A stretch of DNA of 64,000 nucleotides from Neocallimastix sp. 'constans' (taxonomy: Eukaryota). The number at the start of each line of letters is the position of its first letter. The first letter of the stretch is position 1. This document shows, piece after piece, positions 17,171 to 30,942 of the stretch. The notes below the pieces were generated by a model that saw nothing but the letters and a program-made list of their open reading frames with translations, had not been told where the DNA came from and ran no database searches. The position numbers were made by a program, and so were the translations under genes. The DNA is taken from the NCBI GenBank assembly GCA_050613775.1, contig JBODTK010000015.1, forward strand, positions 186,001-250,000, written 5' to 3'.

Positions 17171-18454
17171 TTTATTGATAATAGAATATAGAAATGATAT
17201 TGTTAGAGTTATGGTTTAAATGTTTTAACTAATTTATATATAATATTACAAATACTCATTTGTAATAAATGACAGAGTAATGATCAAATGAAAAAGTTTA
17301 TCTAAATTCTGTCATACAAAATTATTATTAATAGTTTTATATTATTCTTAATTAAAAATTCATAATGGTTTTAAAAAAAAGTTAACATTGACATATTATC
17401 CGTCTTTTTTTTTTCACTTTTGTGTTTAATTAATTTCTCTAAATTTTTTTTCTATCATTATTAAATATCCTTTCACTTGTGTCTTAGTGTCACTTAAAAA
17501 ACAAGTTCCAGGAGGGGTTTAATATTTGTAAAAACACAGAGTCTCATTAATTCATTTAAAAATAATTTTTAAATAAATAAAAAATAAATAAATAAATAAA
17601 AATTACCTTAATTTTTAATTTTTTGTGTTTAATAAAAAATGGTTATTGAAAAAATTAATTTTGCTGTAAATATATAATAAAAAATAATAAAAGCATTATT
17701 TTAAATTTGTAAAAAAACATATTCCAATTAATAGTTGGAATTACCAACAACAAAAAGGAAAAACTTGAACAGGTAATTCTATACATATATCATCACAAAG
17801 TGGTTATTTCATTTTCTTTATTGTATTAAAAACATGAGATATCAAATTATACACTGGCGTTATAAAAGAAAACAAAGAAAATTACTGCTTACAACGACAG
17901 AACAGTTATTCTTTGCTATAATTACATAAATAAATCTGATAAAAAAAATTACTGGGTTCAAAATACTTTTGGAAATTAGTAATCTCTAATAAAACTTATA
18001 AAAGGTCATGGGGTTATTATCCCAAACGAAGCTTCTTTTTATGAATTAAAAAAAAAAAAAAAGAAAGAATTATATTTAAATGATCAACATTTGAATGATG
18101 AACCTCCGGTTTTTACAAGTACACAAAATAATGAAGAACAACAACGAATTCTCGTTCCACCACAATCTTCAATTCAACGAAAAAGAGGTAGAGACAGTGA
18201 CGATGAAGAAGACATTTATAGAGAGAAAATTATAAAAAACAAAAAGGAAAAAGAACCTTCATCATCTTTTGTTGAACAAGAACCTATAGAAATCGTTAAA
18301 TAATTATAAAGGTAATGAATTACGTATATTAAATCACGTATCTTTAACATCTAATTTTAATGATTTAGTCGCCTCATCAATAACAAATGGTCATATATAT
18401 ATAGTAGTGATTTAACTAATGATGGTAAATAAAATAATGAATGATTAATATTTT

Positions 18455-19700
18455 AACGCTCCCCCTCAAATCAGTTTTCTATCTGAAATGAAAATTTGAT
18501 TTGTAGAGGTACTTATTTTAATATCATTAATGTATTTTGTAGATGAGTTATCTGGCATTTTGTCAGTACTGATATATTTTAATTTGATTAAAAGTTTTCT
18601 CAATATGATCTGAATTAAAATGATTATTTAATTGAAATATGTTTTAATTTTGGATTTAATTCTCCATTTTCCATGCATTATTATCTGTGAATAATGTTAG
18701 TGGTTTATTCAATTTAAATAATTAATATAAAAAATTTCTAGTTATTATTAATAATTTTTTGATATCTATTGATGAATATTGATGCATTGTCATATTCAGC
18801 TTCAGCTGTTGGTGTGGCGACTACTGACTATTCGGTTTCTTAGAAGTCCAAGATATTGGATTATTTCCCATTAAAATTAGATTTCCTGAAATTAGATTTT
18901 CTGTCAGTAACATCGACAGTGAAAGTCTTGAAACTGTGTAACGTACAATGTCAACTCTGCCATCATGCTTTATTTTATAATTTTTAGTGTTTTATAAATA
19001 ATGAAAAAAAGTGTGCTATTGCTTCGTGCCAGTCAGATATTGTTGGATTTTCTGAATTTTTTAGTTGCTTATTTTGCTGAAAATGTCATGTTTGGTCTGG
19101 TACAATTAAATAAATAAATCAACATATTAATTGCATTTTCTTTTATTTAGTTTTATTGAATGGTTGATTATTTTCTAATTTTTGTATTGTCATCAACACA
19201 TGGGGTCTTTCTTAATTTTTTTTTTATTATTGATATTTCATGTTTTTTTTTTTTTTTTTTTTTTTTTTTATTATTGATATTTAATGTTTTTTAAAATATT
19301 TTCAATAAATTGTGTTTGTGAAAGTGCGTATGTTTAATTTTTATTTTAGACTTTAATAGTTAAACAATAATCTATTGGTCCTGATTTTGAAAATTTTGAA
19401 TCTATTTTTAAATATTTTATTGAAGATTTTATTAATTTCTTCTTTTTTACCAATAACTATTCTATTGTCTAAAATAAAGTCCAATTATACGTACTACCTT
19501 TTTGAAAAAGTCATTCATTTAATAAAATTTAAATTGAAAAATTAATATTATAAAAATGTCGTGTTTAATAAAAATAATTTTATGCTATAATCAAATAATT
19601 TTATATTTTATTTATAATCAATATTTCATTTTATTAGAGATATTTTATAATATTTTATTAAGGCTCTTATGAAAATGTTAAGAGTACAAATGAGACTCTT
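18455..19700 (-). mobile_element. Degraded Ty1/Copia remnant (RT C-terminus, RNase H, PPT)
   Basis: Minus strand gives TRPNMTF (~19083-19103), ENPTISDW (~19030-19053), PISWTSKK and TAEAEY (~18793-18810), with PPT GAGGGGGAG at ~18459-18467. Confidence 0.75.
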
Positions 19701-19946
19701 TTTTCTTTTAAAAGGAATTAAATTAGTTATTAATTATTTATACATTTATTAGGAAATTATTAGGAAATTATTTATTGATAAAAATAGCGAATTTATATTA
19801 TTTAAAATTTCAACTTTTTTTTATTTTTTTTATTTTTTTTATTTTTATTTTTATTTTTTATTTTTTTTATTTTTTTATTTTTTTATTTTTTTATTTTTTT
19901 TTTTTTATTTTTTTAAATATTTTTTTAATTTATTATTTATTTTTTA

Positions 19947-19978
<32 letters not shown>

Positions 19979-20532
19979 GAAGTTTTAATAGAAAATGATA
20001 TGAAAATATAATTTTAATTTTTATTATTATTTTTCAAGAAAATAATAATAAATAAATAAATAAATAAATTATATAAAATCTTCTTTTCATATACATAGTT
20101 TCTCTAGTACTTTTTCTATAAATATTATTATTATTATATATATATATGTATATATATATTTTTTTTTTAAAATATCCCAATTCTATTATATACATAATTT
20201 TAAAATAATAAAATAAAAAGTTTATTTATAAAGATTTTTTTTTCTTGATTTTATTTTTTTATATTTATAATTAAATAATAATAAAATAAAATATTAACTT
20301 ATATAGAATTGTTTTTTCTTTTTTTTTTTTTTTAACAACTAAAAAAAAAAAAAAAAATTAATAGAAAATTAGTTATTATAAAATTATAATAATAAAGGTT
20401 TAAATATCATTTCGATATTAATAATTGGATCATTAAATTTAATTTGTTACATAACTTAATAGTTTCTTCAGTTTCTATTATTAACATTTTTATATATATA
20501 TATATATATTTTATATTTTATATTTTATATTT

Positions 20533-20569
<37 letters not shown>

Positions 20570-20643
20570 ATTTTTTATTTTTTATTTTTTATTTTTTATT
20601 TTTTATTTTATATTTTATATTTTTTATTTTTTATTTTTTATTT

Positions 20644-20693
<50 letters not shown>

Positions 20694-21029
20694 ATTTTTT
20701 ATTTTTTATTTTTATTGTTTTTAATTTTTATAAAAATAGTCTTTAATAAATATATATATATTTTAGTTTTTTAATTTATATTATTGTTGTAATGATTATT
20801 ATAGTTATTATTATTAGAAAAAATTATTATGAATAATTTTAATGAGGATCATTATTCCTGAAATGATAGTCTAAATAATACAATTTTGAAAATTTTTAAT
20901 ATTATATATTATTATATTATTATATTATTATTATATTACTATTAAAAAAAATTATGATTTCTATTTTTAAATTAAATGTATTTGATTAAGAATTTATTTG
21001 ATTTTTTTTGAAATGGAATAAGTATTAGT

Positions 21030-22901
21030 TTAAGGATTTAATTGTATATTTGTATTGGAATGATTATTTATTATGGAAGACTTTACATACTGTGAATTAG
21101 ATGCTCTTGAATTTGTTTTTTGATTACTACTATTCAAAACAACTATTGCACTTGAACGGAAAGCTTTCATATATTCATGATCTTCATCAACTTTTTTATT
21201 ATAAAGCCAAATTGGTCTTATAACGAAAAAGATGAAATGATTTGAAGTTGAAAGAACAGTATAAAATACTTCAAATAGAATAAATTTAGTAACATAATCA
21301 TTAATATTAACAATATCCATTAAAACAATAAGAATTATACTGAGAAGTGTTGTATACAATGAAATTATTAAAAATCTTAAATCATTTTTTAAATGTTCAT
21401 CATTTCGTTTAATATATGCTAAATATAATGTTGTGATAACAATTAATGATTCAAATATCATTATGATATAAAAAGCTATCACATTAATACCAACCACCGC
21501 TCTACACCTCTCATAATTTCTCCCACTTTTTGTCATTTTTTTACTAATAGTAAAAGGATTCATTAATATTAACCAATATAATAAATTATCAATTAAAAGA
21601 ACACATGCTAAAATAAAATAACTATTTCTCTTTATCTTTTTCCATAGTTTATTTTTTAAATGAATTGATTTACTTAACATACAAATATATGGAACTATAT
21701 TAAATGAAACACCAAAAGAAAAGAATAATACTCTTAAATGACATTTTATTACCGTGACAGATCCAAAACCAACATGACATGATCCTAACATAAGAAAAGT
21801 TCCAAAAATCGAAAATATCCAAAAATCAGGATATAAAATCCTATAATATTTTCTAAAATCTGATTTTAATGGTAATACTAGTGAACCAATCATAATTGCT
21901 ACAATGAACAATAAAATAAATGCATAATATTTTCCTACTGTATCAGAAATTGTTATGGAATAAAATTTATTTAAATAATCAAATTCATTCAATGCTTCTC
22001 TTATGGGTGTATCTCCATATAAAAATTTATAGATGTAAGATCTAAATTTTCTGGAGTATTCATCATATGAATATTCAGGAGGAAATTTTCTTGGTACAAA
22101 TTGAATACTTTTCATAAATTCACAATCAACTACTTCACATATATCATCATCATCATATAAACTTGGAATAGTTGAATATTCTCGAGTTTCTAAAGTAAAA
22201 TTTTTTCTAAATTCTTTTGATGTAATATATTCTAATATTTTAATTGATGCATTTATTTTTTTATCTCCTATATCACTACCAATTCCTATACTTTCGCCAC
22301 CTATTGTGGAACCTGAAATTCCTCTTTTAATTCCAGGTATAATCGACTTTTTATAAACAGGATTTGGAGTGATATTCCAATATTTAACAAATAATGCTTT
22401 TCCATCATTTAATTTTTCAAGTGTATATAACGTACTTTCTTTAAACTGTTCATCTTTTATTATTTGTTTAATAATTTATTATTATTTATATATATTATTA
22501 TAAAAAAAAATATTAGATAATAATGAAAATAAATTAAATAATAAAATATATTTAATATAATTTTTTTTCATCATATTTTAAATATATATATATATATATA
22601 TATATATTAATTCTATTATCATTATTTTCATTTTTCATGAAATAATTATTATTTTAATAATAATGATTATTATTATTATTTATTTATATAAATGTAGTAC
22701 TTGATGCTATTTTTTCTTTCATGTCTTTCAAATATTTAAATGCATTAGCAACAGTATCATTATTAAACGATGGAAAGGGTGAATCAATTGAATCTCTACA
22801 AGAATATATGTATTCAAACAGTGAACAAGTTCCCATTTCAGAATCTATCATTTATTTATATTATTAATTATCTTAAAATTAATTACATTACATTTTTCTT
22901 A

Positions 22902-22933
<32 letters not shown>

Positions 22934-23928
22934 TTTCCAATAATAACAATCTAAATATATATATTTATTAAATGATATATTTATTAAAAATAAACCCTAC
23001 CATCAAATAAACCATTAAATGAAATTAATTCTGGATCAATTTCCTTCTCTTTTTCCATTATATATTTACTAGTATCAATTAATTCATCCCATGTTTCTGG
23101 AACAGGCTTATTATATTTTTCTAATAGTTTAGTATTGGAATATAAAACGCTATAATTTATTATTATAGGCTTATTTTCAATGAAATTGTTTATCATTTTA
23201 TGATGTTTTTATAATATTGGTATTAATTGTAATAAAATAGAATATAATTTTATTAATTGTTTATAATTTTTTGATGTTTTATAAAATTAATAATATTTAT
23301 AATAATATGGAATATAGATTTATTAAATGTTCACAATTATATATATTTTTTAAGATTTATAAAAAAAAAAAAAAAAATTACTAATGAAACTAATTTATTT
23401 TCAAAAGTGCCTATTTCTGGAGCAAATCCCGTAGAATACAAATCAATATGTTCCTTAGGTAAATATTCCTTTAAATCTATAAAATATGGTCCATATCTAT
23501 TATTATACATATATTCAAAAAAATAAATATCATATTTTCTATTTTTTCTTTTTAGAATTGTTTCCAACAAATCCCCATAATCTACTGTATTAGCAGAGAA
23601 ATTACTAGGTGTAAATAAATTTAATGTTAAAGTAATATTTAAATTATTCTCTATAGAATATTTATTAAATTTATTAACAAATGAACTATAGATATCATCT
23701 TCGAAATATGAATAAGCCACTGAACGAATATCAATGGTATATCCATATACTTTATTAAGTTAAAATATTAAAAAATAAATATTAAAATAATTATAATTAA
23801 AAATACAATTTTTTTTTATAAAACTATAAAAATTTATATATCATTATTTTTTAAAATAGATAAATATTTATTATAAACATACAAATATGTAATAGAATTA
23901 GTATCGCTAATAAAAAATGTTTAACCAT
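21030..23928 (-). CDS. Solute-binding-protein/class C-like 7TM receptor copy 2, intact, ~716 aa
   Basis: Exons 23928-23883, 23749-23382, 23169-23001, 22844-22701, 22453-21030 (46+368+169+144+1424=2151 nt, in frame, GT-AG). Signal peptide MVKHFLLAILILLHIL; SBP motifs YDIYF, LYSNTKLLEKY..PVPETWDEL, GGESIGI, LEYITSKEF; seven hydrophobic helices. Confidence 0.88.
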
Positions 23929-24200
23929 GATATCAATATTTCTTATATATATTACTAATTCTTTGTAATCATTACTGTAATTATTCTTATTTAATATTTA
24001 TTTAAATATTGATAATATTTTCTCAGTTATCTTAAAAATTATATAAAAAAAAAATAAAAAAAAAAAAAAAAATAAAAAATAAAAAATAAAAAATAAAAAA
24101 TAAAAAAGGAAAGATAAAAATATTAAAATATTCAAAACTTTAAAATATATTTTTTATAATTATTAAAATTTAATAAACTTTAATTACGAGAAATATATGA

Positions 24201-24234
<34 letters not shown>

Positions 24235-25298
24235 ATATATAAATAATTTAGTTTATTATAATTCTTTTTCATAATAAAACTTTTAAAATACTAACATATA
24301 TTAAATAAATAATAAAGTAAAAATAAATAAATAATAATAATATATATTAAAATAAAAGTAAAAATAGTAAAAATGAATAATTATTATTATAGAAATATTT
24401 TAGAAACCTTTTTAAAATATTAATTCATACCAATAAATATTTTGATTTAAAATTATTCATTGTAATAATAAATATTAAGATTTATCTTGGCTTATATTAA
24501 ATATTAGTTTTCTTTTATATGTTTTAAAGGAATATTTGAAATTAAAATTATTTTTAAAAATATCCATTAATAATTCAAAAATAGATTCAAATTTTTTTTT
24601 TAATATCATAAAATTAGATTTTTAAATATACATAATAAATACATGTATTAATATATTACTAAATAACTAAATAACTAAATAAATAAAAAATATATATAAT
24701 AAATAAATAAAAAAATAATTAATTAATTAAAATAAATAAATAAAAGCAAATAATTGCAATAAATTATAAAAATATTGAAATGTATCATTAATCTTTTCCC
24801 TAATATTATTAATAAAAATTTTGATATTATGTTATTATTAGCATTTTTTGTTATTTAGGATTATTACAATAAAATTTGATTATTATTAAAACTGAAAAGT
24901 TTTTAATATTTTAATTGGTAAAATATTAAAATTTAATAAGTATAATGAGTATGATGAGTAGAACACTGGTATATTCTGATTAATAAAAAAATTTTTTTTA
25001 CTATATAACTATTATTTTTTCTTTTTCAATTTGAAACAATAAAATTAAGAATAAATATTATTCTTTTTTTTATAATTAATCATTTTAATTATTATTATTA
25101 TTCTTAAATTCAAAATTATTGTTCACTTCTATAAACGAAAGAGAATTATTTTCTATTTATGTTACATGAATCTTTAGTTAATAATTATTAATTTATTATT
25201 ACATTAATCTCAGTTATTATTAATACTTATTTTATTATTATAATTAATTATTATTTGATTCTAATTGTTAAAAAAGGAAGGTCACGGTTTGAGTTATG

Positions 25299-25343
<45 letters not shown>

Positions 25344-26562
25344 TAATAAAATTTACTATTCTAATTATTATAATTCATTTATTCATCTATTATTTTAGAA
25401 CCAGGTTCTATCCTGGTTGTTCTGTGGGCTAGAATACATAAAGTTCCTGGTTCGATCCTGCCCTATAATCGTTTTCCAGGTTTTTCTCATAAGAGGTTTT
25501 TACTGAATATGGTAGTTAGGGTTACAAGTAATATATCCCCTCCCCTGATATATATTATTATTAGAAAAGATACTGTATTGATTGTGGGCCTGGGAGTGTT
25601 GATCTAGTACTTTAATTTAATATATTTATGAGGTAATTACTAGCATATAGGTACATGATTTCATGTTTCCATGTAAATATATATTCTACTTGTAATATAG
25701 ATGTATTTTATTAAATTGTTATCTTTCCGACGTTTATGCATTTGATAAATGATCTAGTACATATATCCATGGGTTAGGTTATATTGGACTACCTTCAAAG
25801 GGAAGTTAAGAACTAGAGAAGCACTCCGAGAAAAAGTTCTAGAAAAATTCTCAGCAATAATATACACGTCAGGGACTCAAATGCTGAACACTCAGTAAGG
25901 CCGTCCAGTAGGGACAATTCCGCCTATATGGAAGTGTGTGACTACCTCAGTATTTTAATTTATTTATTTAAATTATACAGAAAGAAACATTTCTGTATTT
26001 GCAAGGATTTTAATGTGTGATGGGAACGTCCAATGTGTGGGAAAATGGGAAAATATGATTAAAACAGTAAAGTTGTTAAAGTAATTATTATTATATTATT
26101 AAAAGTATTATTTAGGGAGTTAATATATTAAATTTACTAATAAGAATATTTATATAGGATATTAAAAAAATATTTATTATAAAATATATACTAAAGATTT
26201 ATTATAAAAGTAATTATTATTAGGATTTATTATATAAAATATTGATAAGACATTATAATTTATTATAAATTCAATAAATTTTAATATAAATTATTGATGA
26301 AATATTAATAAGAGTAATAGAATATATTAATATTAATAAAAGTTATTATAAATTATTAAAATATTAATAAATTATTATAATTATTAAGAGGTTTGCTTTA
26401 TAATTATTTTTATTATTAAGTTATTAGAAATTTAAAGTTTAGTTTTGGCTAAAAGAATTATAAATAGTATAATTAAACTCGAAGTATCAATTTGATACTT
26501 TAAATGTGTTATTAAATTTATAATATAATATAACTTTAAAGGTTCTTCAATTTTTATTATTA

Positions 26563-26599
<37 letters not shown>

Positions 26600-26932
26600 G
26601 CATTTTATTATTTAAGGAAATTAAATTTTATCAAATATATATATGATAAATTACTAAACAATTATATTCTATTTGTTACTGGTTCAAACCTGGCCTCTTG
26701 TTATATACATTTAAATAATATTTTTATATAATTCTATTATTTTATCTTTTATATTACAAATCATATATTAAAAATTTATAAAATAGAGACAAAAAATCAA
26801 TAATAAAATATAATAAATTCTAGTTTAATAACTAGTTTATTTCATCCATATTATACTATTAAATTTGTTAAAAATTCAATACTAATGGTTATTTTTAATA
26901 TAAGATTTATATATGTATATATATATATATAT

Positions 26933-26973
<41 letters not shown>

Positions 26974-27245
26974 ATTTATTTAATTAAAATTAAAAATGAA
27001 TATAAGAGATTTTTTTTTATAATAAAATATATATAGTATTTTATTGTATTTTTAAAAAAAAATAATTTTCTAGTAATGATAATTTAAAGAGTACAAATTA
27101 TTTTAAAAATTACTCTATTTTATTTTAATTTGTAGCTAGAAATGAACTTAATATATATATGTTCACTTATAATTATTATTTTTAAATTAACTTGAATAAT
27201 AATATTTATTTACCTTTTATTTTTAATATTTATTTTATTATTTCA

Positions 27246-27291
<46 letters not shown>

Positions 27292-27407
27292 ACATTATTT
27301 ATCAGTTCTATAAAATTTATTATTTCTATTTTTAAATTAAATGTATTTGATTAAGAATTTAATTTATTTTTTTGAAATGGAATAAGTATTAGTTTAAGGA
27401 TTTATTA

Positions 27408-30355
27408 TTATATTATTATATTTGTATGAGACTGATTTTTTATTATAGAAGACTTTACATACTGTGAATTAGATGCTCTTGAATTTGTTTTTTGATTACT
27501 ACTATTCAAAACAACTACTGCACTTGTACGGAAAGCTTTCATATATTCATGATCTTCATCAACTTTTTTATTATAAAGCCAAATTGGTCTTATAACGAAA
27601 AAGATGAAATGATTTGAAGTTGAAAGAACAGTATAAAATACTTCAAATAGAATAAATTTAGTAACATAATCATTAATATTTACAATATCCATTAAAATAA
27701 TAAGAATTATACTGAGAAGTGTTGTATACAATGAAATTATTAAAAATCTTAAATCATTTTTTAAATGTTCATCATTTCGTTTAATATATGCTAAATATAA
27801 TGTTGTGATAACAATTAATGATTCAAATATCATTATGATATAGAAAATTAATGCATTAATACCGCCCATTACTCTACATATTTCATAATTTCTCCCACTT
27901 TTTGTCATTTTTTTACTAATAGTAAAAGGATTCATTAATATTAATAAATATAATAAATTATCAATTAAAAGAACACATGCTAAAATAAAATAACTATTTC
28001 TCTTTATCTTTTCCCATAGTTTACTTTTTAAATAAATTGATTTACTTAACATACAAATATATGGAACTATATTAAATGAAACACCAAAAGAAAAGAATAA
28101 TATTCTTAAATGACATTTTATTACCGTGACAGATCCAAAACCAACATGACATGATCCTAACATAAGAAAAGTTCCAAAAATCGAAAATATCCAAAAATCA
28201 GGATATAAAATCCTATAATATTTTCTAAAATCTGATTTTAATGGTAATACTAGTGAACCAATCATAATTGCTACAATGAACAATAAAATAAATGCATAAT
28301 ATTTTCCTACTGTATCAGAAATTGTTATGGAATAAAATTTATTTAAATAATCAAATTCATTCAATGCTTCTCTTATGGGTGTATCTCCATATAAAAATTT
28401 ATAGATGTAAGATCTAAATTTTCTGGAGTATTCATCATATGAATATTCAGGAGGAAATTTTCTCGGTACAAATTGAATACTTTTCATAAATTCACAATCA
28501 ACTACTTCACATATATCATCATCATCATATAAACTTGGAATAGTTGAATATTCTCGAGTTTCTAAAGTAAAATTTTTTCTAAATTCTTTTGATGTAATAT
28601 ATTCTAATATTTTAATTGATGCATTTATTTTTTTATCTCCTATATCACTACCAATTCCTATACTTTCGCCACCTATTGTTGAACCTGAAATTCCTTTTTT
28701 AATTCCAGGTATAATCGACTTTTTATAAACAGGATTTGGAGTGATATTCCAATATTTAATAAATAATGCTTTTCCATCATTTAATTTTCCTAGTGTAAAT
28801 AAGCTGTCTTTTTGAAATTGTTCATCTTTTATTATTAATTAACATATTATTATATCATATATATTTAATAATAACAACAACAACAACAACAACAACAATA
28901 ATAATAAAAATAAAAAAGAATAAAAGAAATTAATGAAAAAATTTAGTATTTTTTTTTTTTTTATGGTATATATATATATATATATATATTATTTTATATT
29001 TCTATATCTATATCTAATATATCTTATATCTATATAAATCTATGTCTATAACTATGTATATATTTCTATAACTATAACATTTTTATGTATATTGAAAATA
29101 TAAAAAAAAAATATATATATAAAATTTTTTTTTATATAGTATATGCATACATCATTTATCTATATATATCTATATATATATTTATATATTATTATTTATT
29201 AATTTAATATATTACTAGATGCTATTTTTACTTTCATGTCTTTCAAATATTTTATTGCATTAACAACAGTTTCATTATTAAACGATGGAAAAGATGAATC
29301 ATTTGAATCTCTAAAAGAATATATATATTCAAACAATGAACAAGTTCCTATTTCAGAATCTATTATTTATTTATATTATTAATTATCTTAAAATTAAGTA
29401 CATTTTTCTTATTTTTTTTTATCTTAATAATAACAATATAAATATTAGTATTTATTAAATGATATATTTATTAAAAATAAATCTTACCATCAAATAAACC
29501 ATTAAATGAGATTAATTCTGAATCATTTTCCTTTTCCTTTTCCATGATATATTTACTAGTATCAATTAATTCATCCCATGTTTCTGGAACAGGTTTATTA
29601 TATTTGTCTAACAATTTAGTATTGGAATATAAAATACTATAATCTACTTTTATTGGCTTATTATATATAATTGTTTTTATTTATTTATTATTATTTTTTT
29701 TTGATATTATATAATATTAATATTATTATTATAAAATGACAATATAATATTATTAATTGTTTTGAAATATAAATTTTTTAAGATTTTTTAAAAAAAAAAG
29801 AAAAAAAAAATTACTAATGAAACCAATTTATTATTAAATGTGCTTATTTTTGGAACAAATCCCTTAGAATACAAATCAATATGTTTCTTTGGTAAATATT
29901 CCTTTAAATCTAAAAGATATGGTCCATATCTATTATTATACATATATTCAAAAAAATAAATATCAAATTTTCTATTTTTTCTTTTTAAAACTGTTTCCAA
30001 CATATCGCCATAATCCACTGTATTAGCAGAGATATTACTTGGCGTAAATAAATTTAATATTAAAGTAATATTTAAATTATTCTCAAGAGAGTATTTATTA
30101 AATTTATTAACAAATGTATTATAGAAATCATCTTCGACATATGAAAATGCCACTGAACGAATATCAATTGCATATCCATATACTTTAATAAGTTAAATTA
30201 TTAGAAAATAAATATTTAAATAATTATAATCAAAATGATAATTTTTTTTACTATAAATATTTATATATAACTATTTTTTATAATAGGTAAATATTAATTA
30301 TTGACATACAAATATATAATAGAATTAGTATCACTAATAAAAAAGGTTTAATCAT
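27408..30355 (-). CDS. Solute-binding-protein/class C-like 7TM receptor copy 3, intact, ~714 aa
   Basis: Exons 30355-30310, 30182-29815, 29656-29488, 29359-29216, 28825-27408 (46+368+169+144+1418=2145 nt). Exon 1-4 lengths, intron phases and motifs equal those of copy 2. Confidence 0.88.
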
Positions 30356-30640
30356 GATTTCAATATTTCTAATATATATTTCTAATTATTTGTAATAATT
30401 GCTGTAATTATTTTTATTTATTATTTAATATTAAAATCTATATTATTTAAATATAAATAATATTTTCTCTATTATCTTAAATATTATATAAATAAAAATA
30501 AAATAAGTAAAAATAAAAATATTTTAATATTCAATTTTTAGAATATATTTCTTTCAATAATAAAAATTTAAATAACTTTAATTATGTAAAATTATAAATT
30601 TTATAATTTAGTTTTTAAAAATATTTTCATATAATTGGAA

Positions 30641-30740
<100 letters not shown>

Positions 30741-30804
30741 AATTTTTATTTAAATATTGTTTATTAATGTATAATAATTTTTGGTAATTATAAAGATTAA
30801 AATA

Positions 30805-30898
30805 GAGGGTATTTCTCCAAGTTGCATTTCGCCAAATATTTTGAAAATATTAAAAAATGTTGCATTTCGACAAGTTGCATTTCACCAAATGAAAACTA

Positions 30899-30942
<44 letters not shown>

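Noticed and set aside
18091..18303. 70-aa charged ORF with RKRGR
   Set aside because: Non-ATG start, upstream frame broken and adjacent to a Copia end; probably repeat-derived.
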